Positions 25,892 through 40,000 of a DNA stretch of 64,000 nt are shown here, in pieces (the stretch's first letter is position 1; each line of letters opens with the position of its first letter). The position numbers and the translations under genes were made by a program. The stretch comes from Eledone cirrhosa (lineage: Eukaryota). Where the stretch lies: assembly GCA_964016885.1 (NCBI GenBank), contig OZ024743.1:340132001-340196000 (forward strand), written 5' to 3'. Below the pieces are notes generated by a model. It did no database searches and was not told the origin of the DNA. It saw only the letters and a program-made list of their open reading frames with translations.

Positions 25892-28800
25892 ACAGTAATG
25901 ACAACAACACCAAAAAGAACAACTCCACAAACAAGGAAGAAAAGGTTTCGTTCGCACAAACTGTCCAAAAGACGGAACTATATACGCAGATTGACATCTC
26001 TAATGCCGGAGAATTGCTAAGAGATGCCAAGCAATATATAACTTTTGGGGATAATGGCGCTTTTAGCATCACTTCTCCCCAAGAATTGCGTAGAGAAACT
26101 GTCCTGAAAACTATAGTTTTCAGGACAATTTCAAACACCACTAGAAAACCAGCTCAATTAACTCAAAACGAAACTCCATGAAGGACTTTCATATAGAAGG
26201 GAAAACTCTTCGGGAGTTTATCAATAATAATTGTTTCTACATTTGGCACAAGGCCAGCAATTATCCCAGTACATTACTGGTACTTTATTTTATCGACCCC
26301 GTAAGGATGAAAGGCAAAGTTAACCTCGGCGGGATTTGAACTAAGAATGGCAAGGGCCGTAACTCTAAGTGTCAAAAATGAAAGACCAATTGACGGCACA
26401 GAAATATTCTGTGTCGCCAATTGTGTCCTCTCTCTACACCATTTTCCCCACATATATGGGAAAAAGAACCAAAAAAATAAGGGTAACGAGTATCACACCA
26501 AATGTAAATATCTGGTGGATATATTGAGTGACTTCATCAACTTTGATGAAGACACATTAATTTCGGTAGGAAAGTCCTCCAGGAGTATATTTAACGGTAC
26601 TAGCTTAGAAGTTCTGGTCCAAATGAGGTCAGAACGAATAGCTGGAATCCCACAACGTGTGCCTCTGGATGGAGTTTCCTACATAAACATTTCTGTTGAG
26701 GGAAGGCGGCCTTCATGTTACCACTATTTTAACAGTGGTTACCTGAGGGCTTCCTGTCCTCAATTAACTGAATTAAAAAAAAAGGCACTGCTGCCGACAC
26801 CCAACACAACAACACAACCACCACCACCACCACCACCACAACACAAAAATAACCAAAACAAACCAAACTGCAAACATAGTCCCACCCAACCCCTCCCCAC
26901 CTAAAACAACTCCAAAAACACCCACAAGCACAACAGCTCCCCAAAACGTACCCACTCTCCAATCAAACAAACACCATAACGGACGAAGCCCCCTCGTCAT
27001 CACTCAGTGATGATGAGAGAGAACACCTCCGCTCCAAAATAAAAAAGAAAAAATGATATAACACGAACAAAAAGGCAACAAACACACAACCACCAACACA
27101 AACAACACAAACATTACAAACAAAAAACAAAACAACGACAACGCTCCAAACACAAATACCCACAACAAAACGAAAACACACACAAGAACGACAGACAAAA
27201 ACTAACACAACACAACAAAAATATTATACATACATAAACACTGACAATAAAACCTTGATGGAGGTCATCTCCAAAAACCCTTTCGTGGAAACCGAAGTAA
27301 AATATTTTACCAAATGTAAAGACAAACCTAATTTAAGGATGATTAGGGTCCCTACGGACACCTATAAGTCCTTAAAGGAAAACTTTGCCGAGGACGTGGG
27401 GGAATATGTGTGTTAAACCAACGAACTGCGTCCTCTTGAAACGTTTCCGCACGCCCACCCCAGACACCCCCATCCAACCAGACACCCCCTCCAAACTAAA
27501 CATCTCTGTCCCCACCCCGCCAGGAACCACCACTCTAACAAACAACCCCTCCAACACCACTAGAAAACCAGGACATTGTGCAGCCTGGTCTCCAGGAAAC
27601 GAGGTGGAAAGTGAATTCTTTCCTCTTCTTTTCTAACTCTTCCTCACCAATATGGCCGATATAAAAGTCGGATGTGTGAACGTGCGCGGCCTGGGAATGC
27701 CCTGGAAACAGGGCAAACTCTTAAACGACCTCAGGTCGCACAGTATGGATGTAATTGCTATCTGCGAGTCCAGGATCCACAGCGAGCGACAGCTGGCTCC
27801 CATCTTCGATGACTATGAGAGTTACGCATCTCTATGTCAGCCGGGAGGCGGGGGCAGGGTTGCCGTTTTGCTGGGCCTCGTAACACAGACGGTACATCTG
27901 GACCCAGAGAGTCGACTGGTGGTCCTAGACGTTGACGGTAGTGAAGGTGGAGCCTTCAGGCTGGTGGTCGCATATGCCCATCCGGGACTCCGCGGCCAGA
28001 CTTCTTCAAACGTCTAGAGACTTTTCTGGGAACGTCCCGCTCCTTGGTTCAAGTGGGGGACTGGAATGGAATCCTAGATGCACGTTGGGACTATGTGAGA
28101 GCATGTCCCGATAAAGGGGGGGGGGGTGTAACAACCTCAAACAGTTAATCGGCCGATTTGACGTGGCCGATAGATATCGACTAGATTTTCCGACTGTTCC
28201 ACTGTGGACGTGGACTAATCGCGGCGGAACATCTAGATCGTACCTAGAATAAGGATAGGGACATGTTAAGCTGTCCACAAATGTTCATGGTTGCCTATTC
28301 AGATCACAAACTAGTCAACCTTGTTAGAACCCATAGACAGGGACCCAGCTATTGGAAGCTGAACTTGTCGTTACCGACATGCAAAGCCTACAGTAGACGG
28401 ATTAGCACTTTAGTTAAACAGCACTTGACAGGAGCCATTGTCAACAACAGATGGTGGTACTCTCTCAAGAGGGCAGTTAGATTAGACTCGTTAGTTTTTA
28501 GTAAAGAATTAGCGTTAGATAGAAATAGGACCGAGAAGGAACTGGTAGATAAAGTAGAAGAGGCAATTAGAAGTAGCAACGTAGCCAGCGTGCTAACGAC
28601 AAGAACGGCCTTGGACCAGAACGACGAGAACGGCCTTGGACCAGCTCTTCGACGCAAAGCACGAGGGCTGCGTTGTCAGAAGCAACATACATGCTCTGGG
28701 TAACGAGGGAGCCAAAGCTGTTAGCTGGGCCCGAGTGACGGAGGCGAATAGTGGCTACAAGTCCACGATTCGGTCTTTGAAGGACTAAAACGGACGCGTG

Positions 28801-31240
28801 ATACGTGAGCCGAAGCAGATGTGCGCGGCCTTTCAGCGGCACTTTGCTCAACTGTTCGGGCAGGGCGGCGCGCCAGGAGGGGCTATGGATTTCGGTCCAT
28901 ATCTCGACGGCCTACCGCGACTCTCGGACAGCGAGGTGAAGTTTTGCGAAAGGCCGATTTTGGCCGCTGAGATCGCGGACGTGCTGAGCCAATGCGGAAA
29001 ACGCAAATCTCCAGGTCTCGACGGTCTACTCTACGAATTTTACGTAGCAATGCCGAACTTGTTCTCCGGTCTCCTGGAAGCGGTCTACTGCAACTGGCAG
29101 CAGAACGGGAGAATTCCCAGTTCTGTGACCAAGGGCGTAGTCACGTTAGTCAGGAAGGACGAGAATAAGGGGGATGACATAGGCAATTTCCGGCCCATAA
29201 CTCTGCTCAACACATAGTTACAGATTTTGGCCAAGGTGTTGGCAAAGAGGCTGGCGCTTGTCGTCGAAAACCTGATGGGAGAAGCGCAGACATGCGCAAT
29301 CCCGACCAGGTCCATACACGACAACCTCCACCTCATGCGATACATCATAGAGAGGGTAGGGTGTAAACCCGGCTTCGGTGGGGCCCTGATCAACTTGGAT
29401 CAGTCTAAGGCTTTCGTTACCTGGATGCGGTGCTCGAGGCGGCAGGCTTCGGACCCGTGTTCAGTGGCTGGTTTTCTGCAATGCACAGCAGCAACATCTG
29501 CTCAAGGGTCAAGGTAAACGGCTACCTATCGGAGCCGTACCATATCACGCGATCCATCCGACAGGGATGCACTCTCTCCTCCCTTCTGTACGTTCTGACT
29601 CTCGAGCCACCACTGCGGAAGTTGGAGCTATCGCAGGGCATCCCTCTGGAACCGACACTGCGGCAAACGGCGTCGACCTACGCCGACGACGTTACAGTAA
29701 TGGTGTCAAGCACCTCGCAAATAGAGGAAGTCAGCTCCTTACTGAAGGAATACTAAAGGTTTACAGGAGCGAAGCTGAAACGGGACAAGTCCGTCGGTTT
29801 GCAAACCGGTGACTTCTGATGGCGTCGTCGGACGCTGGACGGAAGGACCGGTGAAGCTGCTCGGGATCTGGTTTGGTCCAGACCTCCAGGTAGAGAAGAA
29901 CTGGCACGAGGTGACAGCCAAGGTGTTTGCGCTCACCCAGAAGTGGGCCGAGTGCAAACTATCCTTGAAAGGTCGAGCGGAGGTGGCGAACACTTTTATA
30001 GCGTCCGTCATCTACTACCGCTTGACCGTCGTGCCTTGTCCAGCCAAAACGCTCACCAAAATGGAGCGCGCGCTCTTCCAATTCCTTTGGAAGAAACGGG
30101 CTCTTTTGGTGAGAAGATCCATCTGCTGCCAACACCCTTCCAACGGAGGGCTGGGGATGCCGTGGCTGACGATGCGCAAACACGAGCTCAGGATGCGGCA
30201 CCTCCACGTATTCCTCACCGGACAACCGGTGTGGGCCCCGTTCGTGAGGCGAGCCTTCCCACGACTTGTCTAGCTGACCAAGCTGCAGTCTCGAGTCAAG
30301 AAAAGACCGAGGAAAATGGGCGACTGGCACATCAGAGGTGCTCAGGCGCCCACAGCCCTCTAGCAGGCGGACCCGGCGATCAGTGGAGACTCCACTTCGT
30401 CATTCTATAGATAGTTGGTCTGCAGCAAGTGCGACGACGCGCTCGGAGAAACTCTAGGCGTAGAGTAAGACGAACTGGCCAGTCTGTTCGGTAGGACCTT
30501 CCGCCCGGGACCGATGGACAACTTCCAAATGTCCCTGGCCTGGCAGTGCTACCGAGGATCTCTACTAGTTCGAGACAAGCTCTACAGACATGGGCTCCCG
30601 AGCAGGGACACTTCGAAAAAAATCTGTCCGAGATGCGTGCGAGACGAAGAAACCGTCGCGCACGTATTCGTACACTGCCAGGGCGTTACCGACCTGTGGG
30701 GCTATGTAGAACGACTATTGTCGTGGGTGGGAACAATCCGGTTGACCACCGTGTCCATTGTCATGATCAAACCGCCACCCTCGTTCAAAAACGAAGGAGA
30801 GGCGGTTTTCCTTTGTGTGATAGCTATGGCGAAAGAGATTGTATGGTGGACGAGGTTAAAAGGGCTGAGGTCAGACACCTTTCTCTCCGGCCAACAACTG
30901 ATTCTTTTTTTCAAATACCACTTTGGAAGAAGAATCAGGGTGGACAGAGAGGTGCTCTACCCCAGCAAGTTTTATGAAAGGTGGGTGAAAGTGGCGAGAA
31001 TGGCCCGAGTGAATGGGCCTTCTCTCTATATCAGCCTGTAGGTTGAGGAAAAAGAGGAAGAGAGGGTTGCACATTTTTTCGGGGGTATGTGTTACCCATA
31101 TGTAATGTATCCCCTATTGGGGAAAATCGATTAATTTTTAAATTCCATTTGTGATTGTATTTTACACGTTTTTATTGTATGTAAACTTCCCCCTTTGTAT
31201 TTGTCCCCTTCTTTTGTGCCCCTGTGGCTAATAAAGAAAC
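25891..31240 (+). mobile_element. Tx1-B: LINE 5'-truncated within ORF1; ORF2 remnant 27652-31041
   Basis: SVEGRRPSC (ORF1); MADIKVGCVNVRGL, YADD, CPRC..ETVAHVFVHC; ends AATAAAGAAAC then (ATCT)n. Confidence 0.9.
26224..26375 (-). mobile_element. SINE family 1, 5'-truncated, inside Tx1-B ORF1
   Basis: Reverse complement of the consensus. Confidence 0.85.
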
Positions 31241-31241
31241 A

Positions 31242-31316
<75 letters not shown>

Positions 31317-31326
31317 TTATCTATCT
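31242..31326. repeat. (ATCT)n tract 2
   Basis: Direct reading. Confidence 0.97.
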
Positions 31327-33534
31327 CATGCCAGACTTGTTCTCTGGCGCCCTCGAAGCGGTCTACTGCAACTGGCAGCAGAACGGGAGGATTCCCAGTT
31401 CTGTAGGCAGAGGCGAAGTAACGCTGATCAGGAAAGATGAGAACAAGGGGGATGAGATAACTAATTTCCGGCCCATATCTCTGCTCAACACAGAGTTTAA
31501 GATTTTGGCCAAGGTGTTAGCAGCGTGGCTGGCGCTTGTCGTCGAGAACCTGGTAGGGGAAGCGCAAACTTGTGCAATCCTGACTAGGTCCATACACGCA
31601 AACCTCCACCTCATGCGATACATCATAGAGAGGGTAGGGTGTAAACCTGGCTTCGGTGGGGCTCTGATCAATTTAGATCAATCTAAGGCATTTGATAGGG
31701 TCGACCATCAATACTTGGAAGCGGTTCTCAAGTCGGCCGGCTTTGGTCCCGCCTTCAGAGGCTGGATCGTTGCCATGCTCGGCACTCAAGGTGAATGGCT
31801 ACCTATCGGAGCCATTCCAAATCATGCGTTCCATCCGTCAGGGGTGCCGTCTCTCTTCCATTCTGTATGTACTGACTCTCGAGCCATTACTGCGGAAAGC
31901 AGCGTCGGCCTATACCGATTACATAACCGTAATGGTGTCGAAAACCTCGGAAATCAGGGTAATCGGCAACCTATTACGGGAATACGAAACGTTGACAGGA
32001 GCAAAACTACACCCAAACACGTCTGTCGGTTTGCAGCTCGGCACATGGTGAGGCAAACCCATGCCTTCCGACAGTGTCGCTGGACGCTGAACGGAAGGAC
32101 CGGTGAAATTGCTTGGGGTCTGGTTTGGTCCAGACCTCCAGGTGGACAAGAACTGGAAAGAGGTCACGGCGAAGGTGTTTGCACTCACCCAGGAGTGCAA
32201 ACTCCCCTTGAAAGGTCGAGCGGAGGTGGCGAACACTTACATAGCGTCCGTCATCTACTACCGCTTGACAGTCGTCTCTTGTCCCCGCGAATACCTCACC
32301 GAAATGGAACGCCTACTCTTCAAGTTCCTCTGGACGAAACAGGCTCCATTGGTGAGGAGATCCATCTACTATCAACACCCTTCTAACGGAGGGCTGGGCA
32401 TGCCGTAGCTGATGATGCGCAAACACGAGCTGAGGCTACGCCATCTCCAGGTATTTCTGAGCGGCGAACCGGTGTGGCTGTCGTTTGTGAGACGAGCTCT
32501 TCCACAACTTGTCTCACTAACAGAGCTGCAGTCCTGGGTCAAGCAAAGACCGAAAATGGGCGCCTGGCATCTCAAGTGCATTCAGGCGCTCACAGCTCTC
32601 TACCAAGCGGAAACGGCAATCAGCGGAGACTCCACTTCGACATTCTATAGAAGATTAGTGGAGGATAAGTGCGACGACGTTCTGGGGGAAACTCTAGGCA
32701 TCGAGGAAGACGAACTGACCATTCTGTTCGGGAGGACTTTCCGTCCAGGCCCTATGGATAACTTCCAGAGGTCTCTGGCCTGGCAGTGCTAACGAGAAGC
32801 TCTACCAGTTCGAGATAAAATCTACAGGCACAGAAGCCCTGGCAGAGATCCTGCCAAAAGGACCTGTCCAAGATGCGAGCAGGACATCGAAACCATTCTG
32901 CACGCAATTGTTCAGTGCCCAGGGGTGACTGACCTGTGGAATTATGTCGAACAGCAACTGTCACGTGTAGGACGCATCTAGTTGTCAGCCGAGTCCATCG
33001 TGAGTATTACCTCGCCGCTTTCATTTAAGAATTGAAGGAGAGCCGGTCTTCCTCTGTCTGGTGGCTATGGCGAAAGAGGTAATATGGTGGACGATGTTAA
33101 AAGGACTGAGGGCAAGCACCTTTCTCTCCGAACAACAACTCATCCCCTTCTTTAAGTACTTCAGGAGGAAGGTGAGAGTGGAGAGAGAGGTGCTACACCC
33201 CAGTAAATTCGCTGAAAAGTGGGTGAATGTGGTGAAAATGGCCCGAGTGAATGGGCCTTCTCTGTATATAAACCTGTAGGTTGAGGAAGATAAACAGAGG
33301 GAAGACGGGAACACCTACAAAACGTGTTCCTGGTGTTGAGGGTTGTTCTATCCTCGAGGTGTAAAACAACCGCGCAGTAGCGTTGCCCCCCCCCCCTAAT
33401 GGGGATTTCAACTGTTTTATTTTTATATACTTTATTGTTATTATTCATTTTTAAACATTTTATGTAAAACCCCCGCCGCCACGTCTTGTAATGTCCCATT
33501 TTTGTACGCTCCTGTGGCAAATAAAGAAAGAAAG
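31327..33534 (+). mobile_element. Tx1-C: LINE 5'-truncated within RT
   Basis: Begins at MPDLFSG; RPISLLN, DQSKAFDRV; ends AATAAAGAAAGAAAG then (ATCT)n. Confidence 0.9.
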
Positions 33535-33535
33535 A

Positions 33536-33616
<81 letters not shown>
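33535..33616. repeat. (ATCT)n tract 3
   Basis: Direct reading. Confidence 0.97.
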
Positions 33617-33619
33617 CTC

Positions 33620-36600
33620 GACGTCCCACTCCTTGCTATTAGTGGGGGACTGGAATGGTATCCTAGATGCAAGCTGGGACTACGTAGGGGCCTGTCCCGA
33701 TAGAGAGGGGTGTAATAGCCTCAAAGGGTTAATCGGTCGATTTGACCTGGCCGATAGATATCGACTAGATTTTCCGACTGCGCCAACCTGGACTTGGGCA
33801 AATCGCAGGGGATCATCTAGGTCGTACCTAGATAGGTTCTTAGTTAGAAATAAAGATAAGGACTTTTTAAGTTGTCCAAAAATGTGCATGGTTGGCTATT
33901 CAGACCACAAGTTAGTGACCGGCATGGTCAACCTTGACAGAACGCATAGACAGGGACCCGGTTACTGGAAGCTCAACTTGTCCTTACCGGCAAGTAAGGC
34001 TTACAGGGACCGGATTAGCACTTTAGTTAAGGAGAGGTTGACGGGCGCCATCGTCAAGAGCAGGTGGTGAGGATCTCTCAAAAGAGAGATTAGAGTAGTC
34101 TCTATAGAATTTAGTAAGGAGTTAGCCTCAAATAGAAATAGGAAGGAAAGGGAGTTGGTAGATAGTGTAGAAGAGGCAATTAGAAGCGGCGACGTGGCCA
34201 GAGTGCTAGCGTCGAGAACGGCCCTGGGCCAGTTCTTCGACGCGAAACACGAAGGCTGCATCGTCCGAAGCAAAATACGTGCTCTGGGAAACGAGGGGAC
34301 CAAAGCTGTTAGCTGGGCCCGCGTAACAGAAGCCAAAAGAGGGAGTAGATCCACTATCCGGTCTTTGCGAGACCAGGATGGACGGGTGATCCTTGAGCCT
34401 AAGCAGATGTGCGAGGCTTTTCAAAAGCACTTTGCCAGATTGTTCGGAAGGGGCGGGGAGCCGGTTGAGGAAGTGGACTTCGGTCCATACCTCGACGGCC
34501 AGTCGCGTCTTTCGGACAGGGAGGCGAAGTCCTGCAAGGAGCCGATTTCAGCCGCTGAGATAGAGGACGTGCTGAGCCAATGCGGCAAACGGAAATCCCT
34601 GGGTCTCGATGGTCTTCCATACGAACTATATCTAGCTATGCCGGACTTGTTCCCCGATCTCCTCGAGGCGATCTACTACAACTGGCAACAGAACGGGAGA
34701 ATTCCCTGTGCTGTGACCAAGGGCGTAGTCACGCTAGTGAGGATGGACGAGAACAAGGGGGACGATATAAATAATTTCAGGCCCATAACTCTGCTAAATA
34801 CAGAGTTACAGATTTTAGCCAAGGTACTAGCAAAGAGGTTGGCGCTTGTCGTGGGCAACTTGGTGAGAGATGCGCAGACATGTGCTATCCCGTCCAGGTC
34901 CATCCACGACAACCTCCACCTCATGCGATACATCATAGAGAGGGTTGGGAACGAACCCGGCTTTGGTGGGGCCCTGATCAACTTGGATCAATCTAAGGCG
35001 TTCGATAGGGTCGACCATGGTTACCTGGATGCAGTGCTAGCGGCGGCAGGCTTCGGACCCGTTTTCAGGGGCTGGATCAATGCCATGCACAGCAGCCGCA
35101 TCTGCTCTAGGGTCAAGGTGAACGGCTACCTCTCGGAGCCATTCGAAATCGCGCGGTCCATCCTACAAGCGTGCCCTCTCTCCTCCCTTCTGTATGTAAT
35201 GTCTCTAGAGCCACTGCTGCGGAAGTTGGAGTTGTTGCAGGGCATCCCGTTGGAACCGGGATTGCGGAAAGCGGTGTCGGCCTACGCTGACGACGTAACA
35301 GTAATGGTATCGACGGCCTCGGAAATCGGGGCGATCGGCACCTTACTGGAGGAGTACGAAAGGTTTACAGGGGCTAAGCTGAACCGGGACAAGTCGATCG
35401 GTCTGCAACTCGGCACGTGGAGGGGCAGATCGATGCCCTCCGATGGCGTCGTCGGGCGCTGGACGGAGGGCCCGGTGAAGTTGCTCGGGGTCTGGTTCGG
35501 ACCAGACCTCCAGGTGGAGAAGAACTGGGGTGAGGTAACGAACAGGGTGTTTGCACTGACCCAGAAGTGGGCCGAGTGCAAACTGTCCCTGAAAGTTCGG
35601 GCGGAGGTGGCGAACACTTATATAGCGTCCGTCATCTACTACCGCCTGACAGTTGTGCCTTGCCCAGGGAAACCCTCGCCAAAATGGAGCGCGCACTCTT
35701 CCAATTCCTTTGGAAGAAGTGGGCTCCTATGGCGAGGAGATCCATCTGCTGTCAACACTCTTCGAAAGGAGGGCTGGGGATGCCGTGGCTAATGATACGT
35801 AAACACGCATTAAGGCTACGGCACCTCCAGGTATTCCTCACCGGTCAACCGGTGTGGGCCCCGTTTGTGAGGCGAGCCTTTCCCAGACTCGTCTACTCAC
35901 CCAGCTGCAATCCTGGGTCAAACAAAGACCGAGAAAACTGGGCGCCTGGCACACCGAGTGTGCCCAGGCGCTCAGGGCTCTCTGGCAGGCGGACCCGGCT
36001 GTCAGTGGAGAATCCACCTCGTCATTCTATAGAGGGCTGGTGGTTAGCAGGTGCGACGACGCCCTCGGAGAAGCCCTAGGCATGGAGGAAGACGAACTGG
36101 CCAACCTGTTCGGTAGGACATTCAGCCCGGGACCTATGGATAACTTCCAGAGGTCCCTGGCCTGGCAGTGCTACCGAGGGGCTCTGCCCGTTCGAGAAAG
36201 GCTCTACAGACACGGGCGCCCGGGTAGGGACCCCTCGAAAAAGATCTGTTCCAGATGCGTGTGCGACGAGGAAACCGTTGCACACACATTGGTACACTGC
36301 TCGGGCATTGCCGATCTGTGGGGCTATGTCGAACAACTGCTGTCAAGGGTGGGACCGATCCGGTTGACCACCCAGTCTATTGTAACGATCAAGTCGCCTC
36401 CCCTCTTCAAAAACGAAGGAGAGGCGGTGTTTCTGTGCGTAATAGCCATGGCGAAAGAGGTTGTATGGTGGACGCGTCTGAAAGGACTGAGGTCAGACAC
36501 CTTTCTCTCTGGCCAACAACTGGTCCGTTTCTTCCGATATCATTTCGGAAGAAGGATCAGGATGGAGTGAGAGGTGCTGCACCCCAGCCGTTTTTATGAA

Positions 36601-36927
36601 AGATGGGTGAAAGTGGCGAGAATGGCCCGTGTGAATGGGCCTTCACTCTACATCAGACTATAGGTGAGGAAGATGAAAGATCAAGGGAGTACCCCCTCTC
36701 TGTTCTCCTGAGGAGAAGGGTTGCACACTTTTTTTCGTGGGTGTGTGCGACCCCCCAAGGCGCCTCCTCCCTATTGAGGATTTTGTTATCAAATTTATTT
36801 TGTTATATTTTATTTTATTTTTATACTTTGTTATTGTCTTCTCCATATTTAGGACGCCTTTTCATGTAAACTCCCCCCATTGTACTTGTCCCACTCTTTG
36901 ATGCCCTAGTGACAAATAAAAAGAAAG
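33620..36927 (+). mobile_element. Tx1-D: LINE 5'-truncated within the APE domain; ORF2 remnant to 36663
   Basis: GDWNG, YLDR, SDH; 545-aa RT segment with YADD; ends AATAAAAAGAAAG then (ATCT)n. Confidence 0.92.
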
Positions 36928-37029
<102 letters not shown>

Positions 37030-37037
37030 GTCTGCCT

Positions 37038-40000
37038 GACGCGTGGAACATCGCCGGTAAGATTTTTTGTAAATTTATATACGAAAAACAGAACAAATTT
37101 TTTGAAAAAACATTATTTTGTAGATTAACATCCAAACTGAATTGTCAGCTGGGTGGTAATCCCATTTTCGCCCCGTTGGGGGGCAAAAATTTAATTTAAA
37201 AATTGTTTTAAAATATCAAATTTTGCCAACTATAAAACATGAATAACACGGAAAGCACGCTAGAGAACGTCGACAGAGAAAAGAGAGGGAAAGAGGCAGA
37301 TTTTAACGTTATATCTGCTTCTGCTACGTCGGCATAGATACGACTGTCAACAAGGGAGAACAAATATTACCACTTGAAAATTGTACAATTTCTACCGCCG
37401 AAGCAGAAAAAAATGAAAACACAGGAATTAAACCCATTAACATACATACACATGAAAAAAAACATCAACAACTCCACAGATACATCTACACATAAAGTTT
37501 CACCTCGTCAAGGAACTGAGATTTCCAACACCGAGACTAACAACGATAACAACAACAACAGCAACACCACACAAAAAAGAAAATCTCTTTCGCTGAAACA
37601 GTGAACAAAAAACAAGATTTTATAAATCTTGACATCTCCAATGCAAGAGATATGCTCCAGCAGGGGAGAAAATTTGTAACTTTCGAAGAGAAGGGTGGGT
37701 TTAGAATTAACTCATCCCAAATAAAAGAAGACACAGTTCGTAGGACAGTGACCTTTAAGACTCTGTCCAATACCACGAGAAAGCCGATATTTGTTAGTCA
37801 AGGAGATATAGAAAATACCTTGAAAGAAATTCTAGCAAATATCAATTTTCTCCAACGAGGAAAACAGTGCGGAAGTGTTTCCGTACTGTTTAAAAGCGAG
37901 GCACTCGCCCTAAAACATTCTGTGACACCAATAGTGTCAAAAACATTCACCTTTTTCCCTACATACATGGGAAAAAGGACACAAAAAAATATATATACCA
38001 CCAAACATTAACATTTGGTGGATCTTAGCTGACTTCGTAGAGCCAGAAACTGATATGATTCTTTCGATACGAAAGTCTATTCAACAAAGGCGGGCGGGTA
38101 CTGATTTGGAGATTCTGTTGCAAATGAAGCCGGAGAGAATCTCCAAAATACCTGAAAGAGTCGTCATCGATGATAACAACAAAATAAACATTTCAGTAGA
38201 AGGACGAAAATTTCATTGCTTTTGCTGTAGCACAGCACACCTAAAAACCTCTTGTCCTTCACAAACACACCACAACAACATCATTAAAAAACACTATTAC
38301 CAACACCAAAACAACCACCACCACCACCACCACAAGCACAACGACAGACGAAACGAACAACCACACCAAAACAAACAGCCACTCAACCAACAACAGAAAA
38401 AACAGAGACAACACCCCTGAAGAACACAGCCCCACCCCATCCCACTCCATCAAACACTACCACAAACACACACACCGAAACACCACCACCATACCCCTAC
38501 GCCACACTCCTGACGATGATTATTCATCGACGGATGAAGCTGCTTCTTCTTTAAGTGAAGAAGAGGCAGAGCCGCGGAAATCTAAAAAAACAAAAAGAGA
38601 GACACCACAAAACCCCCAAAACTCCAATCACCAACACCAACACACAACCACAGACACAAACAACAACACAAATAACACCACAGTCAAACATCTCCCTACC
38701 AGCAAAACCAACACCAACACCACCCCAAACACAAGCACCCACCATAAAAAAAAACTCCCGGACGAACAACAAACTAAAACAACACGACAAAAACACAAAC
38801 AACAATACGCATACATCAACACAAACAACAAGAGTTTGATGGAAGTCATCTCCCAAAACCCGAAGGTGGCGACGGAGGGCAAAACTTTTGTCAAGGTAGA
38901 ATTGTCTCCACACCTTAAACCTATAAGGGTATCTATAATGACCTGAAACATAAATTTTCACAGGACGTGGGCAACCCCTGCCAGAAACCCATCAACCGCG
39001 TCCTGTTAAACTGTTTCCCAACCCCAACCAACACCCCATCCAGCACCCAAATGGAGATTGAACAACCCGATCTCCAGGAAACGAAACGGTAAGTGCACCT
39101 TTTGTCCTTTTTCTCCAACTCTTCTTCACCAGCATGGCTAGTTTACGAGTTGGAAGCGTGAATGTGCGTGGCCTAGGGATGCCCTGGAAACAGGGCCAAC
39201 TTTTAAACGACCTTAGGTCACACGGTATGGATGTGATAGCCATCACCGAGTCCAGGATCTACAACAGGCAGCAACTAACCCCATCTTCGACGACTTTGAG
39301 ATCTACGCATCTCTCTGTCAGCCAGGAGGTGGAGGGGGAATGGCTGTCATGTTTCGGAAGAACCTGGACATCGAAGTACAGCAAGTACACCTGGACCCGG
39401 AGGGTAGACTGGTAGTCCTAGACGTGAACAGTATTAGAGGTGGAGCCTTCAGACTGGTGGCCGTTTATGCCCCGACCGGGCAGTCGCAATCACGGCCAGA
39501 CTTCTTTAAGCGTCTAGAGTCTTGTGGGGGACTGGAATGGTATCCTAGATGCACGATGGGAGTATGTAGGAGCATGTCCCAGTAGAGGAGGGTGCAACAG
39601 CCTCAACACTTTAATCGGCCAATTCCAACTGGCCGATAGGTATCGAGTGGATTTCCCGACTGCACCACAGTGGACGTGGGAAAACCGCAGCGGGACAGCT
39701 ACATCGTATTTAGATAGGTTCTTCATTAGAGAAAGGGACAAGGAGATGTTAAGCTGTCCACGAATGCACAGGGTTGCCTGCTCAGATCACAAATTAGTTG
39801 TCTGCTTAGTCAACCGTGATAGAATACATAGACAAGAACCCGGATACTGGAAGCTGAACGTGTCGTTGCCGGCACGTAAAGCTTACAGTGAACGGATAAG
39901 TAGACTAGTCAAGCAACAGTTAACGGGAGCCATCGTCAACAATAAATGGTGGTACTCTCTCAAGAAAGCAATTAGAATAGAATCGATAGGGTTTAGCAGA